Assembly: GCA_007127335.1 (NCBI GenBank)
Contig: SKZO01000038.1
Span: forward strand, 1-56,344
Source: Spirochaetales bacterium
Lineage (GTDB): Bacteria; Spirochaetota; Spirochaetia; DSM-27196; SLST01
Direction of reading: 5' to 3'
Length of the DNA: 56,344 nucleotides
A model generated the notes under the pieces. It did no database searches and was not told where the DNA came from. It saw nothing but the letters and a program-made list of their open reading frames with translations. Made by a program: the position numbers and the translations under genes. Shown here in pieces: positions 20,034-29,629 of the stretch. Every line of letters starts with the position of its first letter. Position 1 is the stretch's first letter.

Positions 20034-21934
20034 TCGTACCTATGCGGAAGGCGACGATCATTGTACTCGACTCTCGTCGCGAACAGGAGATCGGCAACCT
20101 GAAACGTCTTGGACTCCTGCACCCGGAGATCGAGCGGCGGCACGACGAGCGCACAGAGCGGCTCCAGGCGCAACGGGAGGCGGTTCAGCGTGCGTTGGTC
20201 GAGCTGCCCGCCGAGGAGACCGATCTCGTCTCGCCGCGGGAGGGCGTCTCGCACGATGCAGCGACCGACGGTACGCCGGCCGACGAGCCGTCACGATCAG
20301 GCGATCCGGACCGGGCGATCGAAATAGCGGCGGAAATCGACACGATCGCCGAGCGTCGACGAGAGCATCGAGACGCCGTGGAACGGATCGATGCTGAGAT
20401 CCGCCGCATCGCGTCGTGGGGCGACTTTGATCCGGATGACCTGCGATGGCTCGCAGAGCGAGAGATCGAGGTCCACCTCTTCTCCATGTCTCCCAAGGAC
20501 TACCGAAAACGAGCCCCGAGCGGGGCCATCGTGTTCCAGCGGGGACCCGTGGCGATCCGGTTCATGATGGTCTGGCTGCATGGACGGCACGTGAGCGGCG
20601 CCACCCCTGACGAGGTTGCCGGGTTGCCCGGAGTGGAACGGTTCCGTCCTCCCGAGGCTTCTCTGCGTGCGCTCGAGGAGCGCCGCGAGAAGGAGCTGTC
20701 GGGCATTGAGGCAGCCGGACGACGGCTCGCGGAGGCGACGGTCCACCGTGAGACGCTTCGTGACGCAGCCGACGAGCTCGAGCGGCGTCTTCGGGACGAA
20801 CACGTTCGGCTTGGAATGGACACGGCCGATCGGATCGCCTATATCACCGGGTACATACCGGAAGACTCGGTGGACAGTGTGCGTCAGGCCGCGAGCAACA
20901 ACGGATGGGGCACCTATATCCGCGAGCCTGACCCCGAGGACACGGTGCCGACGAAGATCAGAAACCCGGGGTGGATTCGCATCATAAGGCCGGTCTTCAA
21001 TCTCCTCGGCGTGGTGCCCGGGTACCGGGAGCGTGACATCAGCCTCTTCTTTCTGCTCTTCTTCGTCGTATTCGTGGGCATGATCATTGGGGACGCCGGG
21101 TACGGGGCGATACTGCTCGCGGCGGGCCTCCTGATGGTGACGCGCGGGCGCGGTGCCGCTCGAGACGGTGCGGTGCTCCTGCTTGTCCTGAGTCTCAGTA
21201 CTCTCGCGTGGGGGGCGATCACCGGGAACTGGTTCGGGTATGAGCCAATCGGTCGGCTCGTTCCCTTCCGGTACCTCGTGGTGCCCGAGCTCTACAGTTT
21301 TGACCCTCGCAGCACGCAGGCGGTGCAGTTGGTCTGTTTCGTGCTGGCCGCCGTTCACCTGTCAATCGCGCATCTGTGGAACTTCATCCGTGAGGTTCGC
21401 GAAAGGCCCGCGGTCAGAGCGATTGCCCAGCTCGGCTGGTTGAGCGTCCTGCTCGGACTCTACTTCCTGATCGTCAGTCTGTTCATCGGGCTCGAGTTCC
21501 CGCCGTTCGGGCTTTATCTCATCGGCGGGGGCATGGGCGCCGTCTTCCTCTTCAGCGGACAGACCCGGGAGCTCGGATTCTTCGGTGGTGTGGTGAACGG
21601 TCTGAAGAACGCCTTCACGATCGTGTTCGACGGTATAGGGGCGTTCAGCGACATCATCTCCTACATTCGCCTGTTCGCGGTCGGCCTCGCGACGGTGGCG
21701 ATCGCCCAGGCCTTCAATGAGATGGCTCTCAGCGTCGGCACCGAAGGCGTGGCCGTCGTGCTCGCGGTCGTGATTCTGCTCTTCGGGCATACGCTCAATC
21801 TGATAATGGCTGGCCTCGCAGTTGTCGTGCATGGCGTTCGTCTGAACCTGCTCGAGTTCTCGGGGCACCTTGGAATGGAGTGGACTGGTATCGAGTACCA
21901 GCCATTCAGCGAAACTAACAGATCGGCATCGTAA
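20030..21934 (+). CDS. ntpI: V-type ATP synthase subunit I (a)
   Basis: MIVPMRK, GMIIGDAGYG, SDIISYIRLFAVGLA, VHGVRLNLLEF; multiple TM helices. Confidence 0.95.
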   Translation: MIVPMRKATIIVLDSRREQEIGNLKRLGLLHPEIERRHDERTERLQAQREAVQRALVELPAEETDLVSPREGVSHDAATDGTPADEPSRSGDPDRAIEIAAEIDTIAERRREHRDAVERIDAEIRRIASWGDFDPDDLRWLAEREIEVHLFSMSPKDYRKRAPSGAIVFQRGPVAIRFMMVWLHGRHVSGATPDEVAGLPGVERFRPPEASLRALEERREKELSGIEAAGRRLAEATVHRETLRDAADELERRLRDEHVRLGMDTADRIAYITGYIPEDSVDSVRQAASNNGWGTYIREPDPEDTVPTKIRNPGWIRIIRPVFNLLGVVPGYRERDISLFFLLFFVVFVGMIIGDAGYGAILLAAGLLMVTRGRGAARDGAVLLLVLSLSTLAWGAITGNWFGYEPIGRLVPFRYLVVPELYSFDPRSTQAVQLVCFVLAAVHLSIAHLWNFIREVRERPAVRAIAQLGWLSVLLGLYFLIVSLFIGLEFPPFGLYLIGGGMGAVFLFSGQTRELGFFGGVVNGLKNAFTIVFDGIGAFSDIISYIRLFAVGLATVAIAQAFNEMALSVGTEGVAVVLAVVILLFGHTLNLIMAGLAVVVHGVRLNLLEFSGHLGMEWTGIEYQPFSETNRSAS

Positions 21935-21945
21935 GGAGTGCGGCT

Positions 21946-22392
21946 ATGAATTGGGGATTGATTGGTATTGGAGCGGCGATTGCGTTTGCCGCCGTCGGTT
22001 CTGCACTGGGTACCGGTACGGCGGGAATGGCGGCGGTAGGCGCGTGGAAGAAGTGCTTCGTTCAGAACCGGCCCGCGCCGTTCATCCTGGTTGCCTTCGT
22101 GGGGTTTCCGCTCAGCCAGACCATCTACGGGTATCTTCTGATGAACCGGCTCGCGCAGGCCGTTGGTGCAGCGGCAGATGCCGGGTACATCCTGGGAGCG
22201 GGGATTCTTGGCGGCATCGCGATCGGCATGTCGGCGTGGTTTCAGGGGCGAGCCGCTGCGGCAGCGTCCGACGCCATGGGCGAGACGGGGAAGGGTACCG
22301 GTAACTACATCTTCGTGCTCGGGATCATCGAGACGGTGGCTCTCTTCGTCATGGTGTTCCTGTTCCTGATCACCGGGACCTTCGAGGGGTAG
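21946..22392 (+). CDS. ntpK: V-type ATP synthase subunit K (c, 4-TM proteolipid)
   Basis: Four hydrophobic helices; FPLSQTIYG, FQGRAAA, GIIETVALF. Confidence 0.94.
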   Translation: MNWGLIGIGAAIAFAAVGSALGTGTAGMAAVGAWKKCFVQNRPAPFILVAFVGFPLSQTIYGYLLMNRLAQAVGAAADAGYILGAGILGGIAIGMSAWFQGRAAAAASDAMGETGKGTGNYIFVLGIIETVALFVMVFLFLITGTFEG

Positions 22393-22427
22393 TACAGGCT
22401 CGTCGCGATTTCGCCGACAAGGAAAGC

Positions 22428-23318
22428 GTGACGCGAGGAATCGCAACCGTCATCATCCTGATGTCTCTCCTCGGCAGCGTTGCGCAGGTGTCGGCGGATC
22501 CGGCAGAGCCGGCCTGGCTCGCAATCGCACGCGCCGACCGGTTGATGGACCAGGGTGAGTTCGGTGGCGCGATTCGTACCTTCCGCAGAGCGCTCGATCT
22601 TTCGCCGGAGAATCCCATGGCGCTCTACGGCCTCGGACGGGCATACCGGGCGGTTGGCGATCTTGATGTCGCGGAGGACTACTTCCGCCGTTCGCTCGAT
22701 CACCAGGAGCGCTTCGAGGTCGCCGACACGCGACTGCTCGTCCGGTATGAGATTGCCGCTCTGCATCGAATTCGACGCGACTTCGCGCGCTATGAGCACG
22801 AGCTTATGCGTCTCGTGGAGGACGACCCCGCGACCGACGAGCTGGCGGATGTGAACCCTCAGCGGGCGCTCGCGGAGCATGGGCTTGACCGTTTCCTCGT
22901 TCTGTACCGCCTGACCGAGTCCGGCGGTACGGTTGCGCGAGGAATGCTTGCCGAGCTCCTCGTGGGTCTTGGCCGGTACTATGCGGCCACCGGGCACGCA
23001 ACGGTGGCGGTACTCCAGTCGATGACGACGGTGATCGAGGCCGTAATCCGGCGCGACCCCACGTTCGAGTTCTCGACCGTCATCGATGTGATGACACATG
23101 CCGCGCGGCACCCGGAGATTCGGGAGTATGTCGAGGACAGCCGTCTGTTCCGCGACCTCTACTACCTTGCGGCGTCGCTCTGGGGGGAACGCGATCGCGG
23201 CGCCTTTGAGGTGTGGCGCGTTCTCTCGGAGATCGATCGTGACGGGGCCTGGGGCGAGCGCGCGCGACGCCAGCTTGCCGACCCGCAACCAGAACCCCTG
23301 CTGGTTCCGACACGATAG
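22428..23318 (+). CDS. Secreted tetratricopeptide repeat protein
   Basis: Signal peptide; TPR-like AIRTFRRALDLSPENPMALYGLGRAY...AEDYFRRSL. Confidence 0.8.
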   Translation: MTRGIATVIILMSLLGSVAQVSADPAEPAWLAIARADRLMDQGEFGGAIRTFRRALDLSPENPMALYGLGRAYRAVGDLDVAEDYFRRSLDHQERFEVADTRLLVRYEIAALHRIRRDFARYEHELMRLVEDDPATDELADVNPQRALAEHGLDRFLVLYRLTESGGTVARGMLAELLVGLGRYYAATGHATVAVLQSMTTVIEAVIRRDPTFEFSTVIDVMTHAARHPEIREYVEDSRLFRDLYYLAASLWGERDRGAFEVWRVLSEIDRDGAWGERARRQLADPQPEPLLVPTR

Positions 23319-23366
23319 GACAATCGCTTGCATCCGTCGACTGCTCCGTCGTAGTGTAGCGAGACG

Positions 23367-26201
23367 ATGGATCGGCTGATCATCCGCGGTGCTCGTGAGC
23401 ACAACTTGAAGAACATAGACGTGACACTTCCCCGCGACCGGCTGATCGTTGTCTCGGGTCTGTCGGGGTCGGGGAAGAGCAGCCTCGCCTTCGATACGAT
23501 CTTCGCAGAGGGCCAGCGACGGTACGTTGAGTCGTTGTCAGCCTATGCGAGGCAGTTTCTCGGACGACTCGACAAGCCGGACGTCGATTACATTGAGGGA
23601 CTCTCGCCGGCGATCAGCATCGAGCAGAAGACGACGAGCAGAAATCCGCGTTCCACCGTCGGCACCGTGACCGAGATCTACGACTACTACCGCCTGCTGT
23701 TCGCTCGGGTTGGCGTGCCGCACGATCCGAGGACCGGTCGTCGTGTAGAGCGGCAGACGGTCGACCAGATCATCGACGCTGTTCTGAGGTACCCGGAGGG
23801 TACGAGGATGACCGTGTCGGCGCCGGTCATCAGGGGGAAGAAGGGCGAGCATCGCAAAGTGCTCGCTGATGCCGTCCGCGCAGGGTTCCGGCGTGCCTTC
23901 ATCGATGGTCGACTGACCGAGCTCGACGAGGAGATCGCGCTCGAAAAACGCAGACGCCATACGATCGCGATTGTCGTGGATCGGCTGAAAGTCGGTCCGG
24001 AGAGTCGTCGACGCGTGGCCGACAGCGTAGAGGCGGCGCTCGATCTGGCCGGAGGGCTCGTTGATATCACCGAGGGCACCGGCGAGGGGGCGCAGACGCA
24101 GTCGTTCAGCCAGCACTACTTTTACCCTGACAGCGAGGTCAGTTTCCCGGAGCTGGAGCCGAGGCTCTTCTCGTTCAACAATCCGTACGGCGCCTGCCCG
24201 GAGTGCGGTGGGCTCGGGGTTCGGCTGGAGTTCGATCCGGCGCTGATCATGCCCGACCCATCAAAGAGCTTCAACGAAGGCGCGCTTCTGCCGTACAGTC
24301 CCAAAGGCGCGTGGAATCGCAGCCGGTTCGAGAGCCTAGCGAAGCACCTGGGGTTTGATCTGGATACGCCGCTGGATCAGCTGCCGCAGAGCGTCGTCGC
24401 AGCCATGTTCGAGGGTACAGACGAGCCGGTTCACGTCACCTATGAGAATCGCAAGAAAACCGGTCGTTTCGAGTATCAGGCGCCTTTCCGCGGGATCATG
24501 GACGACCTCAAGAGGCGCTATCTCGAATCATCATCCGAAGGCGTGAAGGAATGGCTCGAGAGCTTCATGAGTCAGCGCCCATGTGCCGCCTGCAACGGCA
24601 GGAGGCTCCGGCCCGAGGCTCTCGCGGTCCTCGTTCACGGGAAGAGCATCTACGATGTCACGGCGATGAGCGTAGCCGAGGCGCACGGGTTCCTCACGGG
24701 CATCGAGTTGTCTGAGACCGAAGCGCAGATCACCGCGCAGATTCTCAAGGAAATCACGAACCGGCTCGAGTTCATGCAGAGCGTCGGTCTGCAGTATCTG
24801 ACGCTCGACCGCAAGGCCGCCACGCTTTCCGGCGGAGAGGCTCAGCGCATCCGGCTCGCCACGCAGATAGGAAGCTCGCTCGTGGGCGTACTCTACATCC
24901 TTGACGAGCCAACCATTGGACTCCATCAGCGCGACAATCAACGACTGATCGAAACGCTCACGCGACTGCGCGATCTTGGCAACACCCTGATCGTCGTCGA
25001 GCACGACGAGCAGACCCTCCGAAGCGCCGACTACGTCGTTGATCTTGGTCCGGGCGCCGGGGTGCACGGCGGAGAGGTCGTCGCGGCGGGCACGCTCGAC
25101 GAGATCCTCGCGAGTGAGACGAGCCTGACAGGCCGGTATCTGAACGGAGATCTCGCGATGCCTCTTCCGGACGGTCACCGTGGCGGAAACGGATCGAGAC
25201 TCGAGATTCGCGGCGCGTCGCAGAACAACCTGCGAGCGATCGACGTGTTTATTCCGCTTGGGACGCTCACGGTGATCACCGGGGTGTCCGGGAGCGGCAA
25301 GTCGAGCCTGCTGTCCGAAGTCGTCTACCCCTTCCTCGCGAACCGGCTGAATCGGGCGCACCTCCCGGAGGGCCGCTGCCGTTCGATCGAGGGGGTCGAA
25401 GCTCTCGACAAGGTCATCAACATCGACCAGAGCCCGATCGGCCGATCGCCGCGCTCCAATCCGGCAACCTACGTCGGGCTCTACGGCCCCTTGCGCGAGC
25501 TGTTCGCGTCGCTCCCGGAGAGCAGGGCGCGCGGATACAAGCCGGGCCGGTTCAGCTTCAACGTCAAGGGCGGGCGCTGTGAGAATTGTGAGGGCGCAGG
25601 CACGATCCGCATCGAAATGCACTTCCTCCCGGACGTCTACGTTACCTGCGATGTCTGTGGGGGCAAGCGATTCAACCGTGAGACGCTCGACATCCACTAT
25701 CGTGGCAAGACCATTCACGACGTGCTCGAGCTGACCGTTGAGGAAGCCCTCGAGTTCTTCCACGCGATTCCGGCGGCTCGTCGCAAGCTCGAGACCCTTG
25801 ACGCGGTCGGGCTCGACTACATCCGCCTGGGGCAGAGCGCCTTGACCCTGTCGGGAGGAGAAGCTCAGCGGGTGAAACTCGCGCTCGAGCTCTCCCGGCG
25901 AAGCACCGGCAAGACGATCTACATACTCGACGAGCCGACGACCGGGCTGCATTTCGCGGACGTGCGCAAGCTCGTCGAGGTGCTTCAGTTGCTCGTGGAC
26001 AAAGGCAATACGGTCGTACTGATCGAGCACAACATGGATGTGATCCTGCAGGCAGACTACGTCATCGACCTCGGGCCCGAAGGCGGGGACGGTGGTGGCG
26101 AGGTCGTTGCGACCGGTTCACCCGTCGACATTGCGGGCCATCCGGCATCGTATACGGGTCACTACCTCGCCGCAACACTGCGTGAGCGCCTCGATGAGTG
26201 A
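23367..26201 (+). CDS. uvrA: Excinuclease ABC subunit A
   Basis: GAREHNLKN, GLSGSGKSS, LSGGEAQRIRLA, second ABC domain GVSGSGKSS and LSGGEAQRVKLA, CxxC zinc fingers. Confidence 0.98.
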   Translation: MDRLIIRGAREHNLKNIDVTLPRDRLIVVSGLSGSGKSSLAFDTIFAEGQRRYVESLSAYARQFLGRLDKPDVDYIEGLSPAISIEQKTTSRNPRSTVGTVTEIYDYYRLLFARVGVPHDPRTGRRVERQTVDQIIDAVLRYPEGTRMTVSAPVIRGKKGEHRKVLADAVRAGFRRAFIDGRLTELDEEIALEKRRRHTIAIVVDRLKVGPESRRRVADSVEAALDLAGGLVDITEGTGEGAQTQSFSQHYFYPDSEVSFPELEPRLFSFNNPYGACPECGGLGVRLEFDPALIMPDPSKSFNEGALLPYSPKGAWNRSRFESLAKHLGFDLDTPLDQLPQSVVAAMFEGTDEPVHVTYENRKKTGRFEYQAPFRGIMDDLKRRYLESSSEGVKEWLESFMSQRPCAACNGRRLRPEALAVLVHGKSIYDVTAMSVAEAHGFLTGIELSETEAQITAQILKEITNRLEFMQSVGLQYLTLDRKAATLSGGEAQRIRLATQIGSSLVGVLYILDEPTIGLHQRDNQRLIETLTRLRDLGNTLIVVEHDEQTLRSADYVVDLGPGAGVHGGEVVAAGTLDEILASETSLTGRYLNGDLAMPLPDGHRGGNGSRLEIRGASQNNLRAIDVFIPLGTLTVITGVSGSGKSSLLSEVVYPFLANRLNRAHLPEGRCRSIEGVEALDKVINIDQSPIGRSPRSNPATYVGLYGPLRELFASLPESRARGYKPGRFSFNVKGGRCENCEGAGTIRIEMHFLPDVYVTCDVCGGKRFNRETLDIHYRGKTIHDVLELTVEEALEFFHAIPAARRKLETLDAVGLDYIRLGQSALTLSGGEAQRVKLALELSRRSTGKTIYILDEPTTGLHFADVRKLVEVLQLLVDKGNTVVLIEHNMDVILQADYVIDLGPEGGDGGGEVVATGSPVDIAGHPASYTGHYLAATLRERLDE

Positions 26202-29200
26202 TGCTGTGCGGCGTCTCGCCTGCGCGGTGATGCTGGTCGCGTGCGTGCCTGGCGTCGCGTCCGCCCTGGATGATCCGGCGGAGCTTCCGGCGGAGCTTCC
26301 GGCAGAACACTCGCTCTTTCGCGACACGCTCGCCCAGGACATTGCAACGTCGAGCTTCCATGAGCTCGTTACCTGGCTCGAGGTCCTCGGTCTGTCCACA
26401 CGCGGGGACCGTCCGGCGCTGGTCGGTCGTCTCGCTGCGTTCTACGAGATACCGCCCGAGGAGATCGAACGCGCCCGTCCCATCGATCGGCGGGACGCGA
26501 CGCCACCGCTCGTCGTCGATTCGGCGACCCGGACCCGCTACTTCACCCTCGAACAGGTCGACGAACGGTACATCAGGCTCAGCGGCGGAGTCATCCTGAC
26601 GCTTCGAGACGAGGAGCGGGACGCGGTTCACCGGATCCACGCGGATGAGATCGTCTTCAACGAGGAACAACGAACGCTCGCCGCCTCCGGATCCGTGCGG
26701 TACGTGCTCGAACGTGGGGGTACGACCGAGCAGTTCACCGGGGAGGCGCTGACCGTCGAGCTCGACGACTGGGAGGGGGCATTCGTCCAGGGAGTGACCC
26801 AACGCGAACGCACGATCGATGGCGAGCGAATCGACTTCATGTTCGGCGGCACCTACATCACGCGTTCCCGCGACGACGTGATCGTCCTTGACGACGGAGT
26901 GATTACGTCATCCGAGGCCGATCCCCCCAACTATTCCATCCGCGCGAACAAAATCTGGGTGCTTGCCCCCGGCGAGTGGGGACTGCGCCACGCAGTGCTG
27001 TACGTCGGGCGGGTGCCGCTTGCCTATATGCCGCTCTTCTTCAGGCCCGGGAACCGACTCTTCTTCAACCCGTCGCTTGGGACGAGAGATCGGGCGGGCG
27101 GTTACATCCAGACCACGACCTATCTTGCCGGTACGCCTGAGGATCCGGAGAGCGCGTTTTCGCTCTTGCAACTCGCCGAAGAGGAAGGCCCGCAGACCGA
27201 GCGGGAGATACGGGGCCTCTTTCTCGTCCCGAAGGAGACCCCGACCGGTGATCCCCCTGCGCCTGACGCGACGCTTCGCCTGCTCGCGGACGTGTACACG
27301 AAGCTCGGCGCCTTCGTGGGGCTCGATGGTTCCTGGCCGGAGATCGGTCCGCTGCAACAGGTGCGGATGTACCTCGCCGTCGCGACGAGTCGGCACCTCT
27401 ATGAAGTCGATACCCCCGGCGGAGGGGTCGCGTACACGCCGTACTTCATCGATACGGAGTCGGGCGAGACGAGGCACTCATGGAACACGACTGACGTTGG
27501 CCCGGTAACTCTCCCGTTCCGCTATGGCCTCGAGTTCTCAGCCCGTGCCTCGGCGGAGCGCCTGACGGCGAACGCCAGATTCGAGGCCTACAGTGATCGG
27601 CGGTTTCGAGCCGACTTCGGCGATCGAAGTGAGGATATCGACTGGCTCGGGCTTCTCGGACAGGGCGGTCCCCCCGGCGCTGTTCCGCCGCCGGTCACGT
27701 CGCTGCTCTGGCAGCTCGACACAAGCTACCGGGTCGATGTGTCGGGACTGCAGCGCGTGGATCGCCTCGCGCTGCAACGCGGGGTGGTGGCGATGAACTG
27801 GAGAAGCCGTGAGATCGCGCAGGAGCAGCTGCCGCGTGAGGTTGCGAGGGCCCACGAGAGTCCCCAGTCCGCATTCTTCTACCCGACGTCCATGCGCCTG
27901 CCTGAGCTGTCTCTGGTCGCTTCAGGCACGCTGCTGAGCCATCCCGCGAGGCCGCGCGAACCGGATCGTCCCCCCACGACCGCGCCACCCCCGGCGATCA
28001 TCCCGCCGTGGGGCAGGCCGGAGGTGACCGATGAGCCTGATGAGGCGGAGCCCTCGCGCACGGCTCTGGCGATTCCGCCCATCCAGCCGGCGCTCCCCGC
28101 GCCGAGGCTTCCCGACCCCTTTGCCGCGCGGATCGGGTACGCTATCTCGCCCCTGCTTATCGTGGACCAGACCTTCCTCGACTCGCCGTGGGTGCGGGCC
28201 TCAGACGTCGACTACGCCGTTGCCCACGCCGGCGCGACCGTTCGCGCGACCGGCTCGCTCACCCACACGACTGCCATGCGGTCTGATCTCATTCGCGCGG
28301 ACGGAACGCTCGCAACGGGCATTCAGTACCGTGACGTCTTCAACCGAAATCTCGATCTCGACGACCCCGGTGATGCCTCGACCTTCGAGTCGCTGCAGCG
28401 GCAAGCCTGGAACTTCACCTCCTTCTCGCTGACGCACAACCTCACGGTACGCGCGCTTCCGCTTCGGGGGACCCGCCTGTGGTCGGGGTCGACGGTCTCC
28501 TATACGGCCAACCTGATGCTTTACCAGTATCTGCTCGACGAGATCGTGGAGAACGAACCGGTCTGGAAGGGTGAGTCGATCGACTGGGACGACGAGCGGT
28601 TCTTCCGTCAGCACCAGATACAGACGACGGCGGCGCTCGGACTGGAGGAGACACAGTCTCTCCAGGTGGCCGCAGCGCTGCCACCGCTCGATGAGCGGTA
28701 TACGGGCGCGCTTTCGCTGAGGTTCTCCCCGGTTTCCGTGACAGCGAGCACGGGCGTTCGCAGACCCGAGGATGACTGGGTTTTCGATCCGCTGGCCGCC
28801 GGCGCGACGGTCGCGCCGCGTGACGATCTGTCGGTCGGCGGTTCACTCTCTTACGACATCGAGAACGAGTGGCTTTCGTTCTACCGCACGAATCTGAGAG
28901 CGGGTCCGCTGACCGCCGAGTACGAGGCGCGCCGGTCGGTGGGCTACGAGTTTCTCCCTCCTGGAGGAGACGTGGTTGGCTGGCGACCCGTGGGCGAGGA
29001 AATGCTGCGACCGGCGACCGCTCGCGTCGGCCTGTCCCTCTCGTCCGACTATGATCCGTTCTGGCGAAACCGCGTGATCGCGCAGGTGACTTCGTCGCTT
29101 ACGTGGAGCGCAAACCTCCAGCGTTTCACCGAGAGCTCACTGAGGCACACGTTCCGAGGTCTGCTGGTCGTGCACAGGTTCGTACGCCTCTCGGTGGAGA

Positions 29201-29562
29201 CGGTGTCGGTCAATGCGCAGAGCTACGTCTATGTTCCGCGACTGGCCCGGGAGGTCGGACGAGAGCCGCGCGGCCTGCTGGAGGACTTCCTGCGCAGCTT
29301 CAACGTCTTCAACCGGGATGACCGGGTGCGCTCAGGTTTCGATCTCCAGTCCATTCGCGTAAGCGCGGTGCACGATCTCGGTGACTGGGATCTGACGGTC
29401 GGATACGTGGGCAGGCCGCAGCTGGAAACCGCTGACGAAGGGACGCGATCGTACCAGTGGCGGGGAACCGTCGACCTGCGGCTCCAGTGGCGGCCGGTAA
29501 GAGAGATCTCGAGCTCCGTGACGATCGATGAAGAGGCGATCGTGTTCGGCAGCGACTCGTGA
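26194..29562 (+). CDS. lptD: Large outer-membrane LptD-like protein (spirochete type)
   Basis: Signal peptide; N-terminal beta-jellyroll-like region (ASGSVRY, ITSS..PPNYSIRA.KIW, YVGRVP..YMP.F); C-terminal amphipathic beta strands. Directly follows uvrA, as I recall for Treponema and Borrelia lptD. Confidence 0.7.
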   Translation: MSDAVRRLACAVMLVACVPGVASALDDPAELPAELPAEHSLFRDTLAQDIATSSFHELVTWLEVLGLSTRGDRPALVGRLAAFYEIPPEEIERARPIDRRDATPPLVVDSATRTRYFTLEQVDERYIRLSGGVILTLRDEERDAVHRIHADEIVFNEEQRTLAASGSVRYVLERGGTTEQFTGEALTVELDDWEGAFVQGVTQRERTIDGERIDFMFGGTYITRSRDDVIVLDDGVITSSEADPPNYSIRANKIWVLAPGEWGLRHAVLYVGRVPLAYMPLFFRPGNRLFFNPSLGTRDRAGGYIQTTTYLAGTPEDPESAFSLLQLAEEEGPQTEREIRGLFLVPKETPTGDPPAPDATLRLLADVYTKLGAFVGLDGSWPEIGPLQQVRMYLAVATSRHLYEVDTPGGGVAYTPYFIDTESGETRHSWNTTDVGPVTLPFRYGLEFSARASAERLTANARFEAYSDRRFRADFGDRSEDIDWLGLLGQGGPPGAVPPPVTSLLWQLDTSYRVDVSGLQRVDRLALQRGVVAMNWRSREIAQEQLPREVARAHESPQSAFFYPTSMRLPELSLVASGTLLSHPARPREPDRPPTTAPPPAIIPPWGRPEVTDEPDEAEPSRTALAIPPIQPALPAPRLPDPFAARIGYAISPLLIVDQTFLDSPWVRASDVDYAVAHAGATVRATGSLTHTTAMRSDLIRADGTLATGIQYRDVFNRNLDLDDPGDASTFESLQRQAWNFTSFSLTHNLTVRALPLRGTRLWSGSTVSYTANLMLYQYLLDEIVENEPVWKGESIDWDDERFFRQHQIQTTAALGLEETQSLQVAAALPPLDERYTGALSLRFSPVSVTASTGVRRPEDDWVFDPLAAGATVAPRDDLSVGGSLSYDIENEWLSFYRTNLRAGPLTAEYEARRSVGYEFLPPGGDVVGWRPVGEEMLRPATARVGLSLSSDYDPFWRNRVIAQVTSSLTWSANLQRFTESSLRHTFRGLLVVHRFVRLSVETVSVNAQSYVYVPRLAREVGREPRGLLEDFLRSFNVFNRDDRVRSGFDLQSIRVSAVHDLGDWDLTVGYVGRPQLETADEGTRSYQWRGTVDLRLQWRPVREISSSVTIDEEAIVFGSDS
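26274..26303 (+). repeat. 12-bp tandem repeat (about 2.5 copies) encoding PAEL-PAEL-PAE
   Basis: TCCGGCGGAGCT TCCGGCGGAGCT TCCGGC, just after the predicted signal peptide. Confidence 0.7.
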
Positions 29563-29582
29563 TGTGCCGTCTCGGGCATCTC

Positions 29583-29612
29583 TTGACCACTGACCGAGGC
29601 GGCTTCTATACT
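29583..29612 (+). promoter_or_regulatory. sigma70-type promoter of the phoH operon
   Basis: TTGACC-18-TATACT, then AAGGAG RBS and TTG start at 29630. Confidence 0.7.
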
Positions 29613-29629
29613 TCGATGAAGGAGTACTA

